Shown here: piece by piece, positions 41,862-51,497 of the stretch
Layout: each line of letters starts with the position of its first letter
Position numbering within the stretch: position 1 is the stretch's first letter
Assembly (NCBI GenBank): GCA_018500125.2
Contig: JAHBAM020000048.1
Location: forward strand, 1 to 62,630
DNA: 62,630 nt
Direction: 5' to 3'
Source of the DNA: Roseobacter sp.
GTDB lineage: Bacteria; Pseudomonadota; Alphaproteobacteria; Rhodobacterales; Rhodobacteraceae
Position numbers and translations under genes: made by a program
Notes under the pieces: model-generated
What the model saw: only the letters and a program-made list of their open reading frames with translations
Told to the model about the DNA's origin: nothing
Database searches by the model: none

Positions 41862-42794
41862 CTAGCTTTGCCGCGAGCGCAAAGCAATCACAGACCCCGC
41901 CACAATGATCAACACAACACCCGCCATCTGCACAGCCGTCAGGCTTTGCCCGAACCAGACAAAGGCAAACAGCGGGCCAAACACCATGATCGAATATTCA
42001 AACACCGCCACATATGAGGCTTCGCCGAGCTGATAGGCGCGGGTCAGGCAAAACACCCCGACAATCGAAAAGACCACGTGCCCCACCAGAAGCAGGCCGA
42101 CCCCCTCCATTGGCCAGATCCAGCCCCGTGTCACAAAGGCCAGCGGCCCCTCGATCTCCTGAACTCCAAAGACAGCAATCGCCAAAAGCCCGATCAGCCC
42201 CAGCACCCCCTGCATCCCCATCGTGCCCGCGAGCAGCGTGCAGGTGCTCTCCGCACCACACATCCGCCGCGTGATCACCGCATTCAGCGCATACAGAATC
42301 CCGCCGATCACAGGCACCCCAACAAGCGGGCTAAAGCTGCTCGGGCTGACCTCAAGCACAACAAGCGTGCCCAGAAAGCCCGCAATCACCGCGCCAACCC
42401 GGAAAATGCCGATCCGCTCGCGCAGAAAAAGCGCGGTGATCGTCACCACAATGATGGGCGAGGTAAACAGCCCCGCCAAGGACTGCGCAATCGGCAGAAA
42501 GGCCAGAGACGCAAAGTAAAACAGCATCGCCGAGGCAAACAGAAAGCTGCGCAAAAGCACCGGCCCCCAAGCCAGAGGCCAGAACCGCTGCCCCAAAAGC
42601 CGCGCCACCACAAACACCACAGGCATAGAAATAAGAAGCCGGATCACATACATCTGCCAAAGGCTGATCACCTCGGCGACAACCACAATAAAGTTATCAA
42701 TCACCCCGAGGATCAGCATACTCGCCAACATCCAAAGCGCCGCCGCCACAGGTCTTGTCTCGCTCACGTCATTTCCGCCTTCAAATGGTCGCAC
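41862..42794 (-). CDS. DMT/EamA family transporter
   Basis: About 10 TM segments; FTSP, LRERIG, A.FEYS; start codon uncertain. Confidence 0.88.
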   Translation of the reverse strand: MRPFEGGNDVSETRPVAAALWMLASMLILGVIDNFIVVVAEVISLWQMYVIRLLISMPVVFVVARLLGQRFWPLAWGPVLLRSFLFASAMLFYFASLAFLPIAQSLAGLFTSPIIVVTITALFLRERIGIFRVGAVIAGFLGTLVVLEVSPSSFSPLVGVPVIGGILYALNAVITRRMCGAESTCTLLAGTMGMQGVLGLIGLLAIAVFGVQEIEGPLAFVTRGWIWPMEGVGLLLVGHVVFSIVGVFCLTRAYQLGEASYVAVFEYSIMVFGPLFAFVWFGQSLTAVQMAGVVLIIVAGSVIALRSRQS

Positions 42795-42872
42795 TAGGGC
42801 TTTTCAAAACCGCCCGGCTGGCGATAGTCTCCCCCAAACCCGACATAAGCGGGAAAAAACAGGGAGAAGACA

Positions 42873-44504
42873 ATGGCTCAAATGCGCGATGAAACGGGCT
42901 TGGATAAAAATGAAGCGAATTTTGTGGCCCTGACGCCGCTGTCACACCTCAAGCGCGCCTCCTATATTTTCCCCGACCGTCTGGCCGTCGCCTATGGCAG
43001 CCAGCACCGCAAGACCTATGCCGAGTATCACGCCCGCGTCAGCGCGCTCGCCTCAGCCCTGTCGCGCGCCGGCATCGCCCCCGGCGATGTCGTCGCAACG
43101 GTTCTGCCCAATATCCCCGCCCATTGCGAGGCGCATTTCGCCGTCCCCGCCGCCGGCGCCGTGCTCAACGCGATCAACACGCGCCTCGATGTTCAAACCA
43201 TCCGCTATATATTGGAGCATGGCGAAGCCAAAATGGTGCTGGTCGATACAGAGTTCCTGCCCGTCGTCGAAGCGGCCATCGCAGAAATGGACGGCCCGCA
43301 GCCCGAGATCGTCGAAGTCCCCGATCCTTCCCATGGCCACCCCGCCACAGGGCGGCACCGCGACTATGAGAGCTTTCTGGCCGGCGGAGACCCGGCCTTC
43401 ACATGGATTATGCCGGACGACGAATGGGACAGCCTCGCGCTCAACTATACCTCCGGCACCACAGGCCGCCCCAAAGGCGTGGTCTATCACCACCGCGGCG
43501 CCTATCTCATGACCATGGGCACTGTCGTGAGCTGGCAGCTCACCCTGCGCCCGGTCTATCTCACCATCGTGCCGCTGTTTCACTGCAACGGCTGGAACCA
43601 CACATGGATGATGCCGCTTCTGGGCGGCACCATCGTCTGCTGCCGCAACATCACAGCCAAAGCGATCTATGACGCCATCGCCGATGAAGGTGTGACCCAT
43701 TTCGGCGGCGCGCCCATCGTGCTCAACACGCTGGTCAATTGCGAAGACAACGACAGGCGCGGCTTTGATCACACCGTTCAGGTCTTCACCGCCGGCGCGC
43801 CGCCCCCCGCCGCCACCCTGGCCGCCATCGAGCCGCTCGGGTTCAACGTCACACAGGTCTACGGCCTGACCGAAACATACGGCCACGTCACAGAATGCCT
43901 CTGGCGCGCCCGCTGGGATGAGCGCCCCTCCGAGGAGCGCTACGCCATCAAGGCCCGCACAGGGGTTCTGATGCCGATGATGGACGAAGCCGTCGTGCTT
44001 CACCCCGAGACAATGGCCCCCGTCCCGCATGACGGACAGACACAAGGCGAAATCATGATCCGCGGCCACACCGTCATGAAAGGCTATCTGAAAAACCCCG
44101 AGGCCACGCGCGAGGCCTTCAAAGGCGGCTTCTTTCACTCGGGCGATCTCGCGATCCAGCACCCTGACACCTACCTGCAAATCATGGACCGCTCCAAAGA
44201 TATCATCATCTCGGGGGGCGAAAATATCAGCTCGGTCGAGGTCGAAGGCGTGCTCGCCAGCCATCCCGCCGTCTCGCTCTGCGCCGTGGTCGCCAAACCC
44301 GATGACAAATGGGGCGAAGTGCCCTGCGCCTTCGTCGAGCTGAAGCCCCGCGCCACAGCCACCGAACAAGAGTTGATCGCTTTTGCCCGCAGCAAACTCG
44401 CAGGCTTCAAAACGCCCAAGAAAGTCGTCTTTCAGGACCTCCCCAAAACCTCGACAGGCAAAATCCAGAAATTCGAGCTGCGCACCACCGCCAAAACCCT
44501 CTAA
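42873..44504 (+). CDS. AMP-binding acyl-CoA synthetase
   Basis: YTSGTTGRPKG, YGLTE, FHSGD, IISGGEN, PKTSTGK. Confidence 0.95.
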   Translation: MAQMRDETGLDKNEANFVALTPLSHLKRASYIFPDRLAVAYGSQHRKTYAEYHARVSALASALSRAGIAPGDVVATVLPNIPAHCEAHFAVPAAGAVLNAINTRLDVQTIRYILEHGEAKMVLVDTEFLPVVEAAIAEMDGPQPEIVEVPDPSHGHPATGRHRDYESFLAGGDPAFTWIMPDDEWDSLALNYTSGTTGRPKGVVYHHRGAYLMTMGTVVSWQLTLRPVYLTIVPLFHCNGWNHTWMMPLLGGTIVCCRNITAKAIYDAIADEGVTHFGGAPIVLNTLVNCEDNDRRGFDHTVQVFTAGAPPPAATLAAIEPLGFNVTQVYGLTETYGHVTECLWRARWDERPSEERYAIKARTGVLMPMMDEAVVLHPETMAPVPHDGQTQGEIMIRGHTVMKGYLKNPEATREAFKGGFFHSGDLAIQHPDTYLQIMDRSKDIIISGGENISSVEVEGVLASHPAVSLCAVVAKPDDKWGEVPCAFVELKPRATATEQELIAFARSKLAGFKTPKKVVFQDLPKTSTGKIQKFELRTTAKTL

Positions 44505-44515
44505 CCGCGCCCCCG

Positions 44516-44595
44516 CTTTTTCTTTCTAAAAATATCCTGGGGGTGAGGCCTCAAAAGCCGCAAAGCTTTTGAGGCCGAGGGGGCAAAGCCCCCTC
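44516..44595 (-). repeat. Dispersed multi-hairpin intergenic element, copy C
   Basis: Minus strand GAGGGGGC-TTT-GCCCCCTC, GGCCTCAAAAGC-N6-GCTTTTGAGGCC, CCCCAGGATATTTTTAGAAAGAAAAAG. Confidence 0.8.
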
Positions 44596-44692
44596 CCCCC
44601 GCGACGCGGCACAGCCGCGGCGCAATCGCTCCTTCCACCGGGGCACAGCCCATGCTAGCCTGCCCCAAAAGAGGCAGGAGCAGGCCCACCCG

Positions 44693-45718
44693 ATGACAGC
44701 CCTTAAAGAGTATGACCGTATCGAAGCCACAGGCCTGTGGCGCGAGAGTGCCAAGGCCCAGCGCCGCGAGGTGATCGTCTCGATCGGCGATGCCACCCTG
44801 ACAATCTCCGATCACAACGACCGCGCCCTCGCCCATTGGTTCCTCCCCGCAATCGAACGCGCCAATCCAGGCAGCCGCCCGGCGATCTTTCACCCCGATG
44901 GCGACCGCACAGAAACACTGGAGCTGGCCGCCGACGAAGCCACCATGATCGACGCGATTGAAAAGCTGCGCTCCCGGATCGAGCGCGCCCGCCCCCATCC
45001 GGGCCGCCTGCGCCTCTGGATCAGCCTCGCCGTGCTCGCCACCGTCGCCGCCCTCGGGGTCTTCTGGATGCCCAATGCCGCCCGCGACCATGCCGTGCGC
45101 GTCGTGCCCGATGTCAAACGCGCCGAGCTTGGCTCGGCGCTCCTGTCCCGGATCACACGGGTCGCCGGCCTGCCCTGCACCGCCCCCGAAGGGGCACGGG
45201 CTTTGCGCAGGCTCGGCGCGCGCCTGCCCTCGCCCGAGGGGGCCGCCCGCCTCGTCGTCCTGCCGGGCGGCGTGCTTGACGCGGCGCATCTGCCCGGCGG
45301 GGTGATCCTGCTCAACCGCGCCCTGATCGAAGACTTCGAAGAGCCGGATGTCGTCGCCGGCTATATCATAGCCGAACATCTCGCCGCCGAGCTGCACGAC
45401 CCTTTGCATGATTTTCTCACCCACGCCGGCCTCGTCACAACCCTGCGCCTGCTGACAACAGGCGAGGTCCCCGCCAGCGCCCAAGACGCCTATGCCGAGC
45501 ATATGCTCACCGAGCCGCGCAGCCATGTTCCCGATGACACCCTGCTGCGGGGCTTTGCCGCCTGGTCGGTGCGGGCGCGCCCCTATGCCTATGCCCGTGA
45601 CATTACCGGCGAAGACACCCTCGATCTGATCGAGGCCGACCCCTTCGCCACAGCCGCGCCAGAGCCGCTGCTCTCGGACAATGACTGGCAGCGCCTGCAA
45701 GGCATCTGCGGCAGCTGA
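44693..45718 (+). CDS. Single-TM protein with degenerate M48-peptidase-like C-terminal domain
   Basis: GGAG RBS; TM around residues 110-125; AHLPGG.I...DVVAGYIIAEHL resembles the M48 core without HExxH. Confidence 0.65.
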   Translation: MTALKEYDRIEATGLWRESAKAQRREVIVSIGDATLTISDHNDRALAHWFLPAIERANPGSRPAIFHPDGDRTETLELAADEATMIDAIEKLRSRIERARPHPGRLRLWISLAVLATVAALGVFWMPNAARDHAVRVVPDVKRAELGSALLSRITRVAGLPCTAPEGARALRRLGARLPSPEGAARLVVLPGGVLDAAHLPGGVILLNRALIEDFEEPDVVAGYIIAEHLAAELHDPLHDFLTHAGLVTTLRLLTTGEVPASAQDAYAEHMLTEPRSHVPDDTLLRGFAAWSVRARPYAYARDITGEDTLDLIEADPFATAAPEPLLSDNDWQRLQGICGS

Positions 45719-45852
45719 ATTTCGCAGTCGCGACATATCTTGTCGCCACTCGCCCTTGCCAAGCCTGCCCGCTTTGGCGAGACTGCCGCCAAAGGGCAAA
45801 GCTGAGTCTCGCCCGACACCAATCCTGAGACATGAACCGTAGGGAGACGGCT

Positions 45853-46716
45853 ATGAGATTTGAAACCCCGCAGACAATAGAGGCCGCCGTCGCGCTTCTG
45901 GCCGCCGAGCAGGGCGCGCGCGTTCTGGCCGGCGGCACAGATCTGCTCGTGCGCCTGCGCGCCGGCCAGATCGCGCCCAGCACAATCGTCGATATCAAAC
46001 GCATCACCGGCATCGCCGAGATCACCGCCGAAGACGGCGGCTGGCGCATCGGCGCCGGCGTCTCCTGCGCCGCCATGGGCGAACACGCAGGGCTGCGGGC
46101 CGACTACCCCGGCGTTGTCGAAGGCGCCGAGCTGATCGGCTCGACCCAGGTTCAGGGCCGCTGCACCATGGTCGGCAATCTCTGCAACGCCGGCCCGGCG
46201 GGCGATTCTGTTCCCGCCATGGTCGCCGCAGGCGCAACCGTGCGGATCGCCGGTCCCGCAGGCACACGCGACATGGCGGTGCTCGACATCCCCCAAGGCC
46301 CGGGCAAAAACGCACTCGCCGCAGGCGAATTCGTCACCTCGGTGTTCCTGCCCGCCCGCGCCCCGCGCAGCGCAGATGCCTACCTGCGCTTTATCCCGCG
46401 CACCGAAATGGACATCGCCGTGGTCGGCTGCGCGGTCAATGTGATCCTTGAAGAGGATGGCACAGTGGCCTGCGCGGGCGTCTCGCTCGGTGCGGTTGCG
46501 CCCAAGGTGCTTCTGGTGGCCGAGGCCGCCGAAGCCCTCATCGGCACAAAATGTGACGATGCGGCCCTTGCGGCCTGCGCCGCCGCGGCCACAGCCGCCG
46601 CCACCCCGATTGATGACAAACGCGGCACAGTGGCCTTTCGCAAAGACGTCGCAGGCGTCCTCGCCCGCCGCGCCGCCCGCCTTGCTTACACCCGCGCACT
46701 GGGAGACCCCTCATGA
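45853..46716 (+). CDS. Mo-hydroxylase FAD-binding medium subunit (CoxM/XdhB-like)
   Basis: LAGGTDL, TMVGNLCNA.P.GD, PIDD.RGT. Confidence 0.92.
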   Translation: MRFETPQTIEAAVALLAAEQGARVLAGGTDLLVRLRAGQIAPSTIVDIKRITGIAEITAEDGGWRIGAGVSCAAMGEHAGLRADYPGVVEGAELIGSTQVQGRCTMVGNLCNAGPAGDSVPAMVAAGATVRIAGPAGTRDMAVLDIPQGPGKNALAAGEFVTSVFLPARAPRSADAYLRFIPRTEMDIAVVGCAVNVILEEDGTVACAGVSLGAVAPKVLLVAEAAEALIGTKCDDAALAACAAAATAAATPIDDKRGTVAFRKDVAGVLARRAARLAYTRALGDPS

Positions 46717-47192
46717 GCCGTATCCACGTCACCACAACCATCAACGGCGACAGCGTCGATTACCTCTGCGAAGCCGGCGACACGCTGCTGGATGTGCTGC
46801 GCGACCAGCTTGACCTGACCGGCTCCAAAGAGGGCTGCGCCTCCGGCGATTGCGGCGCTTGCTCGGTCATGCTCGACGGCCGCCTCGTCTGCGCCTGCCT
46901 CGTGCTCGGCGCCGAAGCCGAAGGCCGCTCTGTCGAAACCATCGAAGGCATGGCCGATGGCGAAACCCTGCACCCCTTGCAGAAAAACTTTATCGACAAG
47001 GCCGCGCTGCAATGTGGCATCTGCACGCCCGGCATCCTCGTCGCCGCCAAAGATCTGCTGGCGCGCAACCCCGATCCCACCGAGGAAGAGGTCCGCTACT
47101 GGCTTGCCGGCAATCTCTGCCGCTGCACAGGTTATGACAAAATTATCCGCACCGTCCTTGAGACAGCGGCCGAAATGAGAGGCGCAGCATAA
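46713..47192 (+). CDS. Mo-hydroxylase 2Fe-2S small subunit (CoxS-like)
   Basis: GCASGDCGAC, QCGICTPG, GNLCRCTGY. Confidence 0.95.
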   Translation: MSRIHVTTTINGDSVDYLCEAGDTLLDVLRDQLDLTGSKEGCASGDCGACSVMLDGRLVCACLVLGAEAEGRSVETIEGMADGETLHPLQKNFIDKAALQCGICTPGILVAAKDLLARNPDPTEEEVRYWLAGNLCRCTGYDKIIRTVLETAAEMRGAA

Positions 47193-49435
47193 TGGCAAAA
47201 GACGAGTTCCAATCCCGCGCGTTCAAAGTCGTCGGCACCCGCGTTCCGCGCCCCGACGGGCTGGATAAAGTCACAGGCCGCGCCCGCTATGGCGCGGATA
47301 TGTCCGCCCCCGGAATGCTCATCGGCCTCTGCCTGCGCAGCCCCCACGCCCACGCGCGGATTGTGTCGATAGACACCTCCCAAGCCGAGGCCATGACTGG
47401 GGTCAAAGCCGTGGTCACCCGCGCCGACTTTACCGTCACACCCGAAGATCAAGGCACCCGCGACATTCTCGACAACGTCATGGCCGGCGAAAAAGCGCTT
47501 TACGATGGCCATACCGTCGCCGCCGTCGCCGCGACGTCGCGCTCCGTCGCTCTGGCCGCTCTGAAAGCGATCAAGGTCGAGTATGAGGTGCTGCCCCATG
47601 TCATAGATGTCGACGAAGCCATGAAGCCCGGTGCCCCCGTGCTCCACGAAGGCCGCCAGCAGGAAAGCGTGCCCGAAGGCTATAGCCAGAACGTGCTGGC
47701 GCGCAGCCAGTATGGCCATGGCGATGTGGCCGCAGGCTTCGCCAAAGCCGATCTCGTAATCGAGCGCAGCTTCACCACAGCCGCCACCCACCAAGGCTAT
47801 ATCGAGCCACACGCCTGCCTTGCCACCATGGGCAATGACGGTCAGGGCGATCTGTGGTGCTGCACGCAGGGCCACTATATGGTGCGCAACACCTGCTCTG
47901 CCATTCTGGGCATGGACGCAGGCCGCCTCAAAGTCACAGCCTCCGAAATCGGCGGCGGCTTTGGCGGCAAAACAACCGTGTTCCTTGAGCCGGTCGCGCT
48001 GATGCTCTCCAAAAAAACCGGCAAGCCGGTGAAGATGACCATGGCGCGCGAAGAGGTTCTGCGCGCCTCCGGTCCCACATCCTCCACCTCGATTGACATC
48101 AAGATCGGCATCACAAAAGACGGGAAAATCACCGCCGCCCAAGGCGATTTCCGCTACCAGTCCGGCGCCTTCTACGCCATGAACGGCGCGCTCGGTGCCA
48201 TGTGCGGCTTTGCGCCTTATGATCTGGAAAATGTTGAGACAGTGGGCTGGGAAGTGGTCACAAACCGCCCCAAAGCCGCCGCCTACCGCGCCCCCGGCGC
48301 GCCCATGGCCGCCTTTGCCGTCGAAAGCGTCATGGACGAGCTGGCCAAAGAGCTGGGGCTGGACCCGATCGAGCTGCGCCTGATGAACGCCGCGGACGAA
48401 GGCACAAAGTCCGCCTATGGCCCGACCTACCCCGCCATCGGCCTCAAAGCCACGCTGGAAGCGGCCAAAGCACATCCACACTGGAGCGCGCCCCTCGGGC
48501 CGAACCAGGGCCGCGGCATGGGCTGCGGCTTCTGGTTCAACTTCGGCGGCGACACCTGCGTCTCGCTGATGATCAACCCCGATGGCACCGTCTCGCTGTC
48601 CGAGGGCAACCCCGATATCGGCGGCTCGCGCGCCTCCATGTCGATGATGGCCGCCGAAGAACTGGGCATCCCCTATGAGCAGGTCCGCACCGTCATCGCC
48701 GATACGGCCACATTGGGCCAGAACGAGGTGACAGACGGCTCCCGCGTGACCTTTGCCGTGGGTCTGGCCACAATCAAGGCCGCCCGCCACGCCATTGAAA
48801 TCATGAAAGCCCGCGCCGCGCAGGTCTGGGGCATCGCGCCCGAAGCCGTGGAGTGGGTCGATGGCGCCGCCCAGCCCGCCGGGCCGAATGCGGGCAAATT
48901 CCCGCCCATGACGCTCAAGGAAATCGCCGCCACCGCCTCAAACACAGGCGGCCCGATCGCGGGCCACTTTGAAGTCAACGCCGAAGGCGCAGGCGTGAGC
49001 TTTGGCACCCATATCGCCGATACAGAAGTCGACCCCGAAACAGGCGCCGTCAAAGTGCTGCGCTACACGGTGTTTCAGGACGCCGGCAAAGCGGTGCACC
49101 CCGACTATGTCGAAGGCCAGCTGCAAGGCGGGGCGGTGCAAGGCATCGGCTGGGCGCTCAACGAGGAATATATCTACGGGGAGGACGGAACCCTCCAAAA
49201 CGCGGGCTATCTCGATTACCGCATCCCCGTCGCCTCCGATCTGCCGATGATCGACCCGGTGATCCTCGAAATCCCCAACCCCGGCCACCCCTACGGCGTG
49301 CGCGGCGTGGGCGAAACAGGCATCGTCCCACCGCTGGCAACCCTCGCCAATGCGGTCAGCCGCGCCGCCGGCGTGCGCATGACAAGCCTGCCGATGTCCC
49401 CGCCCAAGCTCCTGGCGGCCATCAAAGCGCGCTGA
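47192..49435 (+). CDS. Xanthine dehydrogenase family molybdopterin-binding large subunit
   Basis: KVTG.ARY..D, IGGGFGGK, AYRAPG, EGQLQGG, GVRGVGE. Confidence 0.93.
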   Translation: MAKDEFQSRAFKVVGTRVPRPDGLDKVTGRARYGADMSAPGMLIGLCLRSPHAHARIVSIDTSQAEAMTGVKAVVTRADFTVTPEDQGTRDILDNVMAGEKALYDGHTVAAVAATSRSVALAALKAIKVEYEVLPHVIDVDEAMKPGAPVLHEGRQQESVPEGYSQNVLARSQYGHGDVAAGFAKADLVIERSFTTAATHQGYIEPHACLATMGNDGQGDLWCCTQGHYMVRNTCSAILGMDAGRLKVTASEIGGGFGGKTTVFLEPVALMLSKKTGKPVKMTMAREEVLRASGPTSSTSIDIKIGITKDGKITAAQGDFRYQSGAFYAMNGALGAMCGFAPYDLENVETVGWEVVTNRPKAAAYRAPGAPMAAFAVESVMDELAKELGLDPIELRLMNAADEGTKSAYGPTYPAIGLKATLEAAKAHPHWSAPLGPNQGRGMGCGFWFNFGGDTCVSLMINPDGTVSLSEGNPDIGGSRASMSMMAAEELGIPYEQVRTVIADTATLGQNEVTDGSRVTFAVGLATIKAARHAIEIMKARAAQVWGIAPEAVEWVDGAAQPAGPNAGKFPPMTLKEIAATASNTGGPIAGHFEVNAEGAGVSFGTHIADTEVDPETGAVKVLRYTVFQDAGKAVHPDYVEGQLQGGAVQGIGWALNEEYIYGEDGTLQNAGYLDYRIPVASDLPMIDPVILEIPNPGHPYGVRGVGETGIVPPLATLANAVSRAAGVRMTSLPMSPPKLLAAIKAR

Positions 49436-49438
49436 GCA

Positions 49439-49684
49439 ATGGTCAAAGTCACCCTCTGGGGCTCCCTCGCCGATCTGGCGGGGGGACAGCCCGACCTGGA
49501 GGTAGAGGCGACAAACCTGCGCGAGCTGCTCACCGCGCTTGAAAGCGATCACCCGGCCCTGCGGCCCCAGCTCGCGCGCGGGGTCTCGGTCTCCATTGAT
49601 GGCAAAATCTACAACGACAGCTGGTTCCAACCGATCCACGAGACAAGCGAAGTCGTCCTGCTCAACCGCCTCGAAGGCGGCTGA
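49439..49684 (+). CDS. MoaD/ThiS family sulfur carrier protein
   Basis: 81 aa ubiquitin-like pattern ending in C-terminal GG. Confidence 0.88.
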   Translation: MVKVTLWGSLADLAGGQPDLEVEATNLRELLTALESDHPALRPQLARGVSVSIDGKIYNDSWFQPIHETSEVVLLNRLEGG

Positions 49685-49720
49685 CCCCCCCAAAAAAAAG
49701 CGGGCGCCCCCCGCGCGCCC

Positions 49721-49810
49721 CTTCCTCTTTCGATAAATATCCCGGGGAGAGCGCGAGAGGGGCAGCGCCCCTCTCGCCGGGGTCGGATTGCACCTCGTGC
49801 AATCCGACCC
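49721..49810 (-). repeat. Dispersed multi-hairpin intergenic element, copy D
   Basis: Minus strand GGTCGGATTGCAC-GAG-GTGCAATCCGACC, GAGAGGGGC-GCT-GCCCCTCTC, CCCCGGGATATTTATCGAAAGAGGAAG. Confidence 0.8.
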
Positions 49811-49968
49811 ATCAAGCCTTTCGCAAAAACCTTGCCCAGCTCTATTTACCCAGTTCTATTTACACAGCTCTTTTCATCCAGCGCGTCTTGCCAAACACGC
49901 GCCCCCGATATGTGTCCGAGCGGTTCGCCCTGAGCACGTGCCTCAAGATCAAAGCCAAACCACGTTCA

Positions 49969-51345
49969 TCAGCGCCGCTTGATATGCTGCAAAAGTGCTT
50001 CTGAGGCATAGCCGTCTGCGGTCAGCCCGTTGCGGCGCTGGTAATCCTTGATCTGTCCTTTGGTGTTTGGCCCGATCTTGCCGTCAACCTTCTCTAGATC
50101 ATAGCCCAGCCGCTTCAACTGCCGCTGCAAATCCTTGGTTTCCTCTTCGCTCAAAGGCCGCTCGCCGGGGGCGAAATTGCCCTTGAGCGGTGCTGCGCCG
50201 CGCAGCCGGTCGGCCAGATGCCCAACCCCGATCACATAGGCATCCGCCGCATTGTAGCGCTCGATCGCACGGAAGTTTTTCTCAAAAATCATCAGAGCCA
50301 GCCCGCGCCCGCCCTCGGGAAAGAGAATCGAGGCCGATCCATAGTCCCGCACAGGCTGCCCGCTCACATCCCGCACCCCGAGCTTGGCCCAGTCGCTCGG
50401 CATCTTCTGGATCTTGCGGCTGGCCAGCCCGCGGTCAAACCCCGCAGGCAAGCGCACTTCGACCCCCCAAGGCATCCCCTTCTGCCACCCCGAGCGCGCC
50501 AGATAGGCCGCTGTGGAGGCCAGAGCATCACTCGGATCAGCGCTCCAGATGTCACGCTTGCCATCGCCTGTGAAATCCACAGCAAACAGCTCGTAAGAGG
50601 TCGGAATAAACTGCGTATGCCCCATCGCCCCGGCCCAGGAGCCTTTCATCTGGGCCGCTGTGGTGTCGCCGCGCTGCAAGATTTTGAGCGCCGCGATCAG
50701 CTGCTTGGTGAAAAACTCGCGCCGCCGCCCGTCATAGGCCAGGGTCGCCATCGCCTCGATCACATTGTAATCGCCCTTGATCGTGCCATAAAAACTCTCA
50801 AGCCCCCAAACCGCGGTGACAATCTCCTTTTCCACACCATATCTGCGCTCGATCGCCTCCAGCGTGCGACGGTGCTTGCGCAGCATTTTCTGCCCGTCAG
50901 AGACCCGCTTGTCGGAGGTGGCATTGGCAAGATATTCCCAGATCGTCTTGGTAAACTCGGCCTGATTGCCGTCGCGCTCGATCACATCGGCGTTGTAGCG
51001 AATGCCGCGAAACGCCTGAGTGATCACCCGCTGGCTGATCCCCGCGCTGGCCGCGCGCGGCTTGAAACCCTCCACCCAACGCTCAAAGCCCGCCTCGCGC
51101 GCCTCGCTCGTCACCCCAATCACAGAGGCCGGGGGCCGCGCCGCAGCGGTCAAATCCGCAGGGCGCAGCATGGGGCGCAAACTGGGCTGTGTGGCACTCA
51201 CCCGCATGACGGAGACAATTTCGCCCCCCGTGCCCGAACCAGGCCGCATCACCGGGCGCAGGGATGTCTGCACCGTGCCGCTCGCCACCACAGAGCCTGA
51301 CAGCCCCGCCACCAAGACCGATAGTCCCAAAAATCTTTGAAGCAT
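49969..51345 (-). CDS. MltB-family lytic murein transglycosylase with PG-binding domain
   Basis: Signal peptide from ATG 51345; QAEF, WGLESFYG, GSWAGAMGHTQFIP, D.TGDG.RDIW, DGKIGPNT. Confidence 0.92.
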   Translation of the reverse strand: MLQRFLGLSVLVAGLSGSVVASGTVQTSLRPVMRPGSGTGGEIVSVMRVSATQPSLRPMLRPADLTAAARPPASVIGVTSEAREAGFERWVEGFKPRAASAGISQRVITQAFRGIRYNADVIERDGNQAEFTKTIWEYLANATSDKRVSDGQKMLRKHRRTLEAIERRYGVEKEIVTAVWGLESFYGTIKGDYNVIEAMATLAYDGRRREFFTKQLIAALKILQRGDTTAAQMKGSWAGAMGHTQFIPTSYELFAVDFTGDGKRDIWSADPSDALASTAAYLARSGWQKGMPWGVEVRLPAGFDRGLASRKIQKMPSDWAKLGVRDVSGQPVRDYGSASILFPEGGRGLALMIFEKNFRAIERYNAADAYVIGVGHLADRLRGAAPLKGNFAPGERPLSEEETKDLQRQLKRLGYDLEKVDGKIGPNTKGQIKDYQRRNGLTADGYASEALLQHIKRR

Positions 51346-51497
51346 TGTCGCCTCTTTCGCTGCTCTGTCAAAGCCTAGCGCGAAACAGGCGTTTCCGAAA
51401 GAGAAACCCGCCAGCGCTCTGCGCGCGCCCCTCTCGGCAAAGCGCAGGCGCACAGGGGCGGAAGCGCACGGAGGCGGGCGGGGGCGCGCCTAGCCTT

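Noticed and set aside
47192-49435. Call as aerobic CO dehydrogenase CoxL
   Set aside because: Lacks the AYxCSFR Cu-binding loop, and no coxDEFG genes are present
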